64,000 nucleotides of DNA from Octopus sinensis (Eukaryota): NCBI RefSeq assembly GCF_006345805.1, contig NC_043011.1, positions 24,068,464 to 24,132,463 on the forward strand, in the 5' to 3' direction. Below, piece by piece: positions 50,136 through 62,464 of the stretch (the first letter of the stretch is position 1; every line of letters begins with the position of its first letter). Both the position numbers and the translations under genes were made by a program. Under the pieces are notes generated by a model. The model saw nothing but the letters and a program-made list of their open reading frames with translations. It did not search any database and was not told where the DNA came from.

Positions 50136-50889
50136 CGACACCCATTCTACTGTACAACAAACAGTCCTGACATAGTTATGCAAAGAACTAGAAACAAACA
50201 CCATTTGTATGAACACAAGCCATTTATTTACAAAGAGCACAACTTGTCAGGAAGCCAATATGCACTTTCACAGTCAACTACAAACAAATGACACCATCTG
50301 TATGAACAGTGAGGCTTTCATTTACTGTCAGCAAATACGTAAAGATGAGGAGAAATATGAACTCATTCACACATACACACACACACACACAAACATGCAT
50401 GTGTGTGTGTGAGTGTGTGTGTGCATGCACGCATGTACATATATTTGTATATATGAGGAACAACTTTCTTTGTAAACATTTATTGAAAACATGACCATTC
50501 ATTTTATTAATGTTTTTTCATATCTGCATATCAGACTTTTATAGTTCATTTAGAACAATAAAGTTCTCAAGGTTCAACTTTATTATCAATGTTCCAGGCT
50601 ATCTTAGGCTCACCTGCAGCATGTGCAATGATTTAGACTTCTGTAATACACTTTTCATTGTTGATACCTTATATTTAAATAAATTTTTCTACCAGAACTT
50701 GACCATTAGAGTATTAGTGTTCTATGTCATCCAGTTTGCAGTTATGACATGTGTGCTGTAAATTAATTGTAGCTTAGTGATATTAGTATTACTTCCACAA
50801 TCAGTCCTATTTCTTTGAAGAGTTGTATAAAGTATGGAAGTATTTTCTGTTGTTTTCCTTACTATTGTTCCTTGTTTTATTTTCATACA

Positions 50890-51030
50890 CACAAACCTTC
50901 AATTTCTGTCAACCAATTTCACCTGAAAAGCACTGGTCAACCCTGTGTAGCTAACCCATGCAGTGAGATTGAACCCCTAACCATGTGGTTCTGAAGTGAA
51001 ACTCTTAACAACAACACAGCCATGCTTAAA
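50890..51030 (-). mobile_element. Family A SINE head fragment
   Basis: GCAGTGAGATTGAACCC..ACCATGTGGTT..CTTAACAACAACACAGCCATGC. Confidence 0.6.
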
Positions 51031-51490
51031 AGCAATAATAAGAGATGTTTTTTCATTAGATATGAGGCCTGAGATTTAGAAGCCAAAAACAAAAACAGAA
51101 TGTAAAAACAGGATCTAGAAAGAAAAACCTTTGAATTATACGGACTAAATTCATTGATAAATTGCATAGCAAAAAACTTCACCAGTCTATAATACACAAG
51201 AAGAATCTGTGCTGCTGTAACCAGTTTGATGGCAAATGAGTGAATCTAACATAATTGTGAAATTTCTAGTAAATTGATGGATAAGAGATTTGGAAAGATC
51301 AATCAAAACTTTTAAGACAGTATCTTATTTGTGAACTGCTGGAAGCATGAAACATTATTTTATTCTATCTGTGCAATATAAAGCTGTGAGTTTGCATAGT
51401 TGTGCTATAAAGTGGTCGGAAATAATTTAGAAGATATAAAGATAGAGAAACATTCTTTCCTGATAAGATTTGTTTTTAAAACCTCACCAC

Positions 51491-51493
<3 letters not shown>

Positions 51494-51551
<58 letters not shown>

Positions 51552-51580
51552 GAGAGAGTGAGAGACAGAGAAAGAGAGAA
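51494..51580. repeat. (AG)n microsatellite
   Basis: Directly visible. Confidence 0.97.
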
Positions 51581-52238
51581 CTGACAATCCAACTACTATT
51601 TGAAGATTTCTTTGAAGAGAACAAACTAAAATGGTTTCTAGTACTCTGGGGTAATGAGAATTTAAATTCAAAATTGCAGGCTAAAGAAAAACTCATTACT
51701 AATGCAATATCAACACTACTGATTTATACTGTTATCACTAATTACTACTAAGTTGATTGGGTTAATAAAAACTAAAGGTCTTGATCAGTGACTAGATATT
51801 AACCAATGACCAATAAGTTGAAGGAGTTACTGGCTCAGATGATACAATTAGGGCCAGCAAACATTGATTCAGTTAGCTATACCTTCTTAATGATGAAGAA
51901 AAGAATATTATCCATAAAAGACTTAAAACTGTAACTGGTAGTCTAAAACTTAGTGCAGTAAAAAAAATGTTAAACACAATAAGAATATATGTTTTTAAGT
52001 ATACAGAATAAAAATAAAGACATCATTTACTTTTGATTTAGTCTTTAAAGGCTGATCAAACAAATGGGTTTTAAAAATGCCACATTTAACAACTATACTA
52101 GCTGAGAGCTGTATATTACTAAAGCCAAAATAGACATTTTTCATATTTGGAACAGTCAGGAAAAAATAAACTTGAAACTAATAAATATCACAAACAGAAA
52201 AACAAAATAAACACGGATATCATATAATGCAAGCATAC

Positions 52239-52294
52239 CTCTGGATCCTTAAAAGCTGATAAAGATCTAACATGGTATGTTTTTGGTTCAAAAG
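52239..52294 (-). CDS. Candidate 56-nt internal exon of an unidentified host gene
   Basis: On the minus strand a long polypyrimidine tract ends CTTCATACAAG, followed by 56 nt open in two frames (xFEPKTYHVRSLSAFKDPE or LLNQKHTMLDLYQLLRIQ) and a GAG/GTATGC donor. No homology was recognised. Confidence 0.3.
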
Positions 52295-52574
52295 CTTGTA
52301 TGAAGGGAAAAGAGAGAGGGATAGAAACAAGGACGTGCGGAATCAGAGAAAGAAGGAAAACAGAAATGTGTGAAAGATAAAAGAATTTCTACATAAAATT
52401 ATTTATAAATTATGAGTTATTTTAATGTGTACAGTTCTTACAGCTTACTCTAAAACTTGGAAATGTTTCTCCACAATCAAAGCTTCTTTTAACTTTCAAC
52501 ATGCTTACAGTTACTATCGATATTGAAGTTTTACTTTGGTTTCGTGTCTGATTTATTTAATACATATTTACAAG

Positions 52575-53190
52575 TAATGGCAGTGTAGAAATGAAGTTTG
52601 CTTTGCAGCCTTGTGGTTTTGATTTCCAAACCACTGAGTGGCACTTTGGGAAGTATCATACTATAACCTTAGATTAACCAATGCCTTGTGAGTGAAATTT
52701 GCTACATGAGAACAGTGCAGAAACTTCAGAAGCATGTTACATTACATACACACACCTGTGCAGTGTATAAATGTTTACACTTGTCAAAAAGTTGGTGCTC
52801 GTTGTGTTACTTCATGTTCCATCACTTAGCGGTTCAACTAATAAAGATGGATAAAATAAGTTCCTGACTGAAATAGGTACTGGGGTTAATATGATTAAGT
52901 AAAGAATTGTTACAGATATTGTCTAGCATGTGACCATGCTGGGACAGCATTTTACCATTTGTTTGTGCATGTTTCTACATATCTTCACATTAATAGTTTG
53001 AACAATGGTACACTTGTTCATGATTCTTGTAAATGTATATACTGTAGCTCAGCAATTTCAGTTTTGTGAAATAAAAATACCTTATTTGAAAAAACAAAAG
53101 GTTGATTTCAAGAAGAGTATCTGACCATAGAAGATTGCTTCAATAAGTGCATGCTAGTATGGAAAAAGCAGATATATAAAGATAATGATA
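52575..53190 (+). mobile_element. Degenerate family A SINE followed by an RTE-like tail fragment
   Basis: GAAGTTTGCTTTGCAGCC..CCACTGAGTGGCACTTTGGG, ACTTAGCGGTTC and GTACTGGGGT; tail GTATCTGACCATAGAA..CATGCTAGTATGGAAAA. Confidence 0.55.
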
Positions 53191-54764
53191 TAAATCACAG
53201 TAACTTTAATTATTAATATTCAGAGAAGGAATATATCAATTTAGCAGTCAGAGAACCATATAAGATAGTGAAGAATCAATAATCAGAGAGTATGCTGTAA
53301 AGGTTGTCAAAGACAGTGCGATAATTATTGGGAATCTATTGCAGATTCTACAGAGCTAAAAATAAAGGGAAAATATATTAATGCAAGTCTCAGGAAGCTA
53401 TTTAAGACTATCTTAGAATATAATTTAAGCAATGGTATTTTAAATTGTTGCATTTAGTACCAAACTATCAGGAAAACATTATACTAAATCACTAATAATT
53501 TTAGTACTATATAAAAAAAACAAACAAATAAATGAAAATCTGATCCTAAAAACCATATCAGCAAATAACTACTGCAGAAATAGTTAATGTAAACAGAAGT
53601 AAAGCTATGCATAAAAATTGGGATTGTATTTGATAATTTTCATTTTTAACAGTAAAATTTTAGCTTGTTTCAAGATAAGTTGTTTTCAAAAGAAAGCTCA
53701 AATTTTAAAATATAATTGACACAAACTGTTTCATCATAGTTAAAAATAAATTTGACCTTTTACTGGAAAAAAAAATCTTTTAAATCAGCAGCTTACTTCA
53801 AGAGTGAAGATATAAGTGAAAATCTTGATATGATGACAATTGTAACCTGCACTCATTTATAGACGGTAGCATGAAGAAATTAGATTTATGGTGGCCTATA
53901 TATTTTCTGGAAAGCTTTGACCTAGTAATTCTTTTAGTTCAGATAAAATTACAAGGTCTTTGAAATGCCTGTGAATACAAGGCTGCTTTAGTAGATGGTC
54001 ACATATGGTATTATCATGCATATGATGCAGTCAGATGTTTACTCTAAAAATTGACTTTGTATAACTTTTACATTATTTTGCTAACATTTTAACATTAGCA
54101 AAGACTAGGGAAGAATGTTAGCAATGATAAAAAGAAAAAAAAAAAAAACAACAATTTATATCATTTAAACAATTGACTTTTATGCACCTATTTCATTTAA
54201 TCCGTTATTTAATTTACATTTTAAAATTATAACAAGTTTGTAGAGCTTCATAATGTATGTCTAAGTATCTGATCTAAAATGAACAAAAGAATAATAATTA
54301 TAGTAACTGGGTACAGAAATGGATGATAATCTGGGAGGGACTTGGAAACAGTGTCAGGAAATCAGTGGTGGAATTGTAACCAAATATCAACGACAGTTTG
54401 TAGAACTATTTCACACCAGAGAATTAAAGAAACAGGAGGAATGCTACAACAACAGTCATGGAAACACTATATATATACTAATTCAGAACACCACCCATTT
54501 TTTACTTCTGTCAGCAAAATATTTGGCAGGATATAATACAAAAAATAATTTTTTCTTTAGAAAATTTTTTAATTCCTAACAAAGCATGTTATTAATTATG
54601 ATCTTGGTGACATGTTTCTAGAGAAAGTCTTTATAAAAACCTTGTGCAATTTTCTGTTTGTATAGCACTAGTTTTATAAATGATAAAATTAACCCGTGAA
54701 AAGGATAAATGAAAGAATTTACGACATTTTCAAATAGATTTGTTCTTAAGAGTGTTCATTTTAA

Positions 54765-54984
54765 CCCTTTAACATTCAGATTACTCTGTCAACTGTAATA
54801 TTTATTTATTCACATTGTTATGGATTAATTATGCAATATCTCCTAGCTTTCAGGTTTTGCCAATATGATTATTTACTTTTGAAATGATATTTTAGAGTAG
54901 GTGTGAGAGGCCAGATCTGATTGGTTTGAACATAAAACAAGTTGAATATTCGGGCTGGATATGGCCAGTTTAAATGCTAAAGGG
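54765..54984. mobile_element. piggyBac-like MITE (220 bp)
   Basis: TTAA duplications at 54761-54764 and 54985-54988; TIRs CCCTTTAACATT / AATGCTAAAGGG match 11 of 12. Confidence 0.85.
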
Positions 54985-56261
54985 TTAAATATGCCCACAA
55001 TCATTATATATACAGACTCTAATGCAATTCAGAAGTTCTAAAAATATATTTTGCAGCTGACTTGAATCACTGTAGTTATCCTATCCTGCATGCCATCTAC
55101 AAAACAAGGCTTAAATAAACAATAGTCTTTTCACATCCATATAAATCAAGGCTGAAGCACTTATTGAAGTTTTTTTAGTGAAAATTAATAAATATTTCTA
55201 ACAATTTTTTTGATTGACAGCAATACTATAGATGCATTTAACTTTAAAATGTTCTGTACAGATTAATTCTATCATATTAAGACCTAACATTATAAAAACT
55301 TTGAATTACACAAGAACTTTATAATAACCTTGTATATTTGTAATCTTTTCATTGCTCACTGAAATATTGCAGAGAGGCAATCCACACAGAGTAGCAATCC
55401 ACATGAAAAACAACTGTGAATTTGGTGTTAACATTTAATGCTGGTTGCTTCCGGTTAGCTTTTTTATGCTCCTAACATTAAATACATTTCCAGTAACTTA
55501 ATCACTGCATATAGATCCTGGTTGATATATGAGAGGTATAATTATATTTGTAATTTCTAGAAGTCAGTACAAGTTTTGTAAGTTTGAAGTGACATGTAGC
55601 TCTGAAGATTTAAAAAAACAAAACAAAAAAAAACAAAGTGGAGACAGAGTAAAAGAACAGTTTTAGCAATTATGATTCTCTTTCTAGTGCAATACGCTTT
55701 GATTTTATCTGCAGTGAGCTAGTTTACATGCAGAACAGACTTAAAACGTTTGTACAGTGACTAATGTTCCTGTAAAAGAGCAACAATAAATAGTACAAGA
55801 TGAACTTATTGCAGCTCAGTATACACAGCAGATGATAATATAAAACTACAGTTGATCTATATATGTGAAAAATGAAGTGTTTAAAATGAAAATTGTATTT
55901 TTTTGCAAACAGAGAGAGAGAGAGTGGTAAATAAAGCCATAAATGAGAAGAGTTGTGCAACAGATTTATTAGGTGGTTTTTGATCTACAACTTGAAAAAG
56001 CTCTTTGTGAAAGGTAAAATTTAATATTTTTACTATCAGTAATAGAGCTGAATCCAGTATTCATTCCAACATGCACTAATTGTGTATGAAGTAAAATCTC
56101 TTCATACAATACCAACCAGAGACTGGCATCAAATGCAACTATTGCTGATATAAGCATTAAAATGAGAAACCTAGTAGAGAATACTTTTAGCAAGAACCCA
56201 TTTAATACTGAACAAAAGTAAAGAAGTTTCCTCTCATAGCATGCTAAAAGTTCAACTTACA

Positions 56262-56469
56262 CTCTATACTCTCTTTTACTTGTTTCAGTCATGTGACTGT
56301 GGCCATGCTGGAGCACTGCCTTTAGTCGAGCAACTCGACCCTAGGATCTATTCTTTGTAAGCCTAGTACTTATTCTATCGGTCCCTTTTGCCGAACTGCT
56401 AAGTTATGGGGGCATAAACACACCAGCATCGGTTGTCAAGCGATGTTGGGGGGGGGGACAAACACAGAT

Positions 56470-56514
<45 letters not shown>

Positions 56515-56677
56515 CGACAGGCTTCTTTCAGTTTCCGTCTACCAAATCCACTTACAAGGCTTTGGTCGGCCCGAGGCTATAGTAGAAGATACTTGCCCAA
56601 GGTGCCATGCAGTGGGACTGAACCCGGAACCATGTGGTTCGTAAGCAAGCTACTTACCACACAGCCACTCCTACGCC
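56262..56677 (-). mobile_element. Near-intact family A tRNA-derived SINE with internal (TA)n
   Basis: The minus strand reads GGCGTAGGAGTGGCTGTGTGGTAAG (A box) and GGTTCAGTCCC (B box), then GGCACCTTGGGCAAG, an internal (TA)n and a TGACTGAAACAAGTAAAAGAG tail. CpGs are retained. Confidence 0.9.
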
Positions 56678-57764
56678 TATTCTATGCTGAATTCTAACAA
56701 ATTCTTCAAACTTGCCATCAAAATTTTGTTTTGTAAACTTTTAAACTAATGCTGAAATTAACATTAATTTAAATGTAAGTGACTGATTCATAGTAGAGTC
56801 ATGATAACCATTTAAAAGCATACACAAAGCACAAGTGTCACCAGCTGGCAAAGAAAGAAGTTTGCTTCACAAATCATAGGATTCCAGGTTTGCATCTACT
56901 GTACATCCCACTGGGTAAGTATCTTGATAGACAGAAATTGTGCAGCAGCTCATCATGTTAATGTGTGTGTGTGTGAGAGAGAGGGAGAGAGAGAGAGTGT
57001 GTGTGTGTACCAGTGCAAGTTGGTACAGCCCTATATATCAAATGGTAGCAGCTATTTGATTGATAGATATTGATAAAATATATACTGGATTACATAATTG
57101 GGGTGGGGGTGTCAATATGATTGACTAAAACCAGTCAAAGTATAAATGATTACAGAGCTATATACACTTCTGATTTATATTCTATGTACTAACTCGGTCA
57201 ACGGTGTGATTACAATGCAAGAAATTATATAACCATATTTACAGCAGCCGGTATGTTTCAGTTTTAATACATTGAAATTATATTATTGCATTAGGTGTAC
57301 AGCAGCTGGTCACACCATTTCTCTGCATAGTAACCAACAGCAACATCAACAAATATTACATGTAATAAGGATGAAATGGGAATGCTTATGTATGTGAATG
57401 TAGTTAGGTCATGTGACTATCTGATTACTTGAATCATACTTTCAACAGATAATTCAGTGAGTAAAGAAGTTGTTTTGTCATTCTTTTTTTAAATAATTAT
57501 CACACATTCACATATAATTATTTTTGTCTCTGTTCAATTTTTCAAAGTTTCTGCATCATGTTAATGTAATCAAACCAAAGATTGCCATAATGACATCAAG
57601 AAGATTAACACGAGCACAGAAAGATGTGTAATAGAAAAATTTCTTGAAAGCTGCACATAGAAGAATTACTGTGATGTCTGGTTGACAATAAATATAGCAA
57701 ACAGAAAAATAATTTATATGATCAATAATATAAAAATTAGAATTCAAAATAACTAATTCTAGCA

Positions 57765-58340
57765 AGAGAGAGAGATAAAGAAGTTAGAGAGGAGAGAGAA
57801 AACCAGAGAAAGAAGAAAGAGAAAACTAGAGAAAAAAATTACAGAAAGCTGGAGAAAAGAGGGGAGAGGGAAAGCTGGAGAGAGTGAGAGAGTAGAGAGG
57901 AAGAGAAGGAGGAAAGAGAAAACTGGAGAAAGCGGGAGAGAGAAAGAGGAGAAAGAAAAGAGAGAGAGAAAGGTGGAGAAAGAAGAGAGAGAGAGAGAAA
58001 GGTGGAGAAAGAAGAGAGAGAGAGAAAGAAGAGAGAGAGAGAAAAAGCTGGAGAAAGAAGAGAGAGAGAGAGAAAAAGCTGGAGAAAGAAGTGAGAGAAT
58101 GCTAGAGAGAGAGAGAGAGAGAAGGAAGGAAATAAACTAGAGAGAAAAGAAAAGAAAGAAAAGTTAGAGAAAGAAAAGGAAAAAAATTAGAAAAAGAGGT
58201 GCCAGAGCAAGAAAGAAAGATGCAAGAAGGAGGAAATGAATAATAATTGAGAAGAAAAGAAGTGGGAGGTGAGAAAGAAAGATATGAGAAAGTAAGAAAA
58301 GGAAGAGAAAATAAGAAACAGGAAAGGAAGAAAAGGAGAA
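57765..58340. repeat. Purine-rich tract with degenerate AAAGSTGGAGAAAGAAGAGAG minisatellite
   Basis: Directly visible; repeated GGTGGAGAAAGAAG/GCTGGAGAAAGAAG units. Confidence 0.9.
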
Positions 58341-60332
58341 TATGTTTTTCAAAATATGTACTTGATTATCCTTAATCAATGATTTACTGAACAATGAGAT
58401 CTAAATGGGCATTTATATCATCTCAGAGTGTCCACCAACTTCTATAGATTATAATACAGGCAAAAATGCATTATATCTATTGGTGTCAAGTTCTATGCTT
58501 TGCTACCAAAGCATCTCAAATAACAGCATCAATCAGTTTAAAGTGTTCGAAAAACAGCTGAAAAGTATTCTCAGAATTCTAGACCAGTTTACAACTCTGG
58601 GACAACAACACACCAGTGTGGGAAATGGTTGTTAAGACAATGATGATGAAAGAAAAATTGCAAATCTTATCAGGTAAATTAAGTGGATTGTCTTCTTGAC
58701 TAGATCAGCATCAAAACTAGTAATATGTAACATACAAGCAGTGACATATAGTTTAACATGGTAGCGGAACTGTAACAGTATCAACAAAATGATTATTGTG
58801 TTCAGAGTTCAAATCTTGTAGAGATCAACTTTGGCTTTCATCCTTCCAGATTGATAAAGTATCAATCAAGGGAAGTGAACTGGTAAAATTGTTAGACCAA
58901 CATACTGGACGTCTTGTATTTTTTTCCAGCTGTTTGCATTCAGATTCCACTATGGTTTACTTAAGTCTCTCAAGGAAGGGATTATTCTAATGCAAGCATT
59001 TAGGCCAGGTTTCTAGTTTGAAAATATCTTCTTCCATTCCACCAATCTTGAAGGCACTTAAAAGTTCCCCTCGCTCCTCACTAAGAGATGATATATGTAT
59101 AACAAAAAAATAAATAAATAAAAAAAGGAAAAAAAGGGATTTAGTATGTTTATCAAGACAATGTTGGTAGAAAATCCACTGAAAATTCACATGCCACTTG
59201 TATCTAACTAAATCTGTATGTTTGTTACCAGTGATTCTATATAACAGTTAAGAACAATACTCTTTCCTTGCTACATCTTTGAAAAGTAGCATTAAGCACA
59301 TCTTTTTATCTATTTCTATTATGAGATATAAAGCAAAATGAAAATCTAAAAATTTGAATATATGAACAAATCAGTTGGATTTAAGATACTAAAATAAATC
59401 ATAATCTATTCCTATAGGAATGATTTTGAAAAAAAGATTTTCTTTTTTTTACCGTAATGTAAGACAAGAGAATTCTAAAGACCAGAGTAAAGCATGAAAC
59501 AGCATGCACCATCCCTTTAATATAACGCCAAAGTATTAAGGGAAGGGAAAATCTAATGAATAAATGTTTCTTATTTTACCTTACAATGGTGCTGGTAATT
59601 CCTCAATGTAATCTGGGGCAGTCAAGTTATTTCATACAATATTGGATTATGTAACCTGCAAAAAAAAAAAATGTCAATTAAGATGTCTATATACATGTGT
59701 GTGCAAAACAATAGTTATAGTAGCCATAACTATAGAATTTCATTATTTTACATGTAATAACACTCAACACAAATGATGCTTCATTGCTCAATTTTACAAT
59801 GCACTAAATGTAAATGTTCCATTAAAGCATTATTGCAATACAATAAGATGTAAATACAAAAATTTCCAAAAGCCCATAGAGAAAAACAAATGCCATTATG
59901 AGTAATTCTATAAATATAAATAAAATACATCTTTCATAACATTTGTTTTCTACTTATAAGCAAAATTGACAGCTAGGATCTGAAGTCTTGAACAAGGAGG
60001 CTAAAGAAAAAGCATAAAAAACATATCCCATTAAAAAAAATCTCCCGCACAATTTTCACTTACAGATACACTCCATATGGGATCATACAATTAACATGAA
60101 CTCATACATTACTAATAAGACACCTAATACTTTCATTTGGGATTGGGTAATAAAAAACTACTATATTATTGTATAAAGTCAGAAATTCAATTCAAAAATT
60201 CAGGTCAAAATCATTCTCCAATTTTGACAAACATTTTTATATTAGAAAAAAAAACACCCACTCACACACATGTATATACATCAGTTAAAATGAATAAATG
60301 TAAGTAGTAACCCTTAGGCATCTAACAACTAA

Positions 60333-60614
60333 TGCATGTTTTCTCAAAGTGGGTTCCATGAAAACATTCTGGGGTTCCATATGTCTTAAAGAAGAATAGA
60401 AATGTTATTTTTAAAACAAGTACTATTTGCCATTTTCAGAATAAGTTGTTTCTTTTTCTATGAATATATTCTCTCTCAAAAACAATTTGTGCTTCATTTA
60501 ATTAATATCATATTTAAATTGAGATGACAGAAGTTGTACACAAAAAAGAGGTACAAGTTCCATGATCTTTGGAAAATCATATGTTCTGCATTGAAACAAG
60601 TTTGGAAACTACTG
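60333..60614 (+). mobile_element. Second hAT-like MITE copy
   Basis: TTCTCAAAGTGGGTTCCATGAAAACATTCTGGGGTTCC..AAGTTTGGAAACTACTG is similar to 24354-24617. Confidence 0.55.
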
Positions 60615-62464
60615 GACTAATGTATACACTTCATTCCCAGAGCTATGAAATACTGTGTATGCAGTGGATTCATCTAATGGCAATTGTTAGTTCTGTTAGT
60701 ACACTGGTGGTGTATGGTTAGCCACATATTATTTAAGTGTGATTTACATTACTGATATATGCTAATAATGAAGAAAATCTTCAGTACATAATAAAAGCAT
60801 GGGCATGAAAAAGAGACACTGCTTAGATTGAATAGAATTTAATCAAAATTTAAAGTTATAAAATACATAAGAATAAAATATATTTTTAATTTTAAACTAG
60901 AAAAAGTAGAGGTTACAGTTCAATAGTGTGGTGTACTCAAATTTGGTAGGCCATTTAATAGTTTAAATTTGTAATGATGCACTAATAGTTCATTCTGCTT
61001 GTATAACACATTGATTTATATTTTTCAAGAGAAATTAAATAAGTAGGTTTGAGTTCATAAACATTGCACAAAAATATGTTATTCTGTGGTGGGAATGATC
61101 AAAGACAAATAATGTACAATCTACAAACCTTATTTCAAGTACAAATGCAGAATCAGTAATTAAGGTTAAAGAGAAAAGGAATTATGAGAAGGCAAGAAAG
61201 GTGTTTCTTTTTTATGAAGTAGTAACACAGTTAATCAGTATGGACCTAGTATTTTTTTATTGCCAATTATTTGATCAGGGTTGTGATCACAGTTCAATAG
61301 AGTTGATTTGAAATTCATGTCATAAGGTAAATATAGAAATTTTTACCAATTGCAATGAAGTAGTGAATATCTTCCTGACACTAGACAAAGGTAATCATGT
61401 ACTCTCCTTAGGTAAACCACAGAATCCTGCCAGATCTTCCTTGCTCTCTAGGATTACAGTATTTATTAACATTAATAAATTCAGAATAAAACTAATCTAC
61501 CTTTGATTCAGTCAGAAAGAAAATGCTAATAGGTCCTTAATATTGATGAGGCAACTTTACTTTTCGTTGCTTTATTATGACTAAAAACCATAAAAATTGT
61601 CTTCCTTTCTTCTTTCTTAGATAATGCATGGTTTGCTAAAAAAATCATTAGTTGGAGATAAAAGTGTCACATTAAAGTGTTTATTGGCAGCTTAAACTTA
61701 TCTTTAAAATGTACAAATAAATAAATAAATAAAAACAGCAGTGAATACATTATAATAGAGTGAAATAAAATGAAGCATAGGCTTTAAAAAATGTGTTTAT
61801 AATTTTAAGTGACTACTTTCAAAACATTTCAAATGATTAATGGAAATTAAAAGAAATATTTTTCATTTTCTCACACTTATCCATTTTATCAGGTCAATGA
61901 AAATTTAATATTTCATTAAACTATTAAGATTTGGAATAATTAAGCAAAAAGTTAACAAAAAGAGAAATAAAAATAAACGTATAAAAGAAAGATTAATAGC
62001 GTTTGACGTCAAATGTTTTAATTAAAAAATTATATATTTATCACCTTCACTTATGATGAATGGAAGTAGATGAGACTACATTCATCTAATCATTTTGCTT
62101 GCATACATTGGTCAATGACAACAGCTCAGAGATATCTACTCACAAGTGAACAAACTTTTGCATTAAAAAGTAACATAGGTTGGTAGGGATGAATTAAGGA
62201 AGATTTAGAAAGTAGTTTATATATCAAACTTGAGAATGTCATTCCTCACAGACAGAATATAGACATTGGCAGAAACTATACTGTAGATATGAATGAAGCT
62301 CATATCAACATGAAGACTGTCACTATACAGTTTAGATCAAGATGAAGGTTTAAGAATTAAGAGTAAATAATATCTTCCTTGTAAAGTAGCACATTTAAAA
62401 AAAAATTAATTAAAAAGCTAGCCTTCCCCTGATTTTCATGAAATCATCATTTAACTTATCTAAA

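Noticed and set aside
56600-56677. tRNA gene
   Set aside because: A and B boxes are present, but the sequence continues into a multi-copy SINE body and no full cloverleaf was seen.
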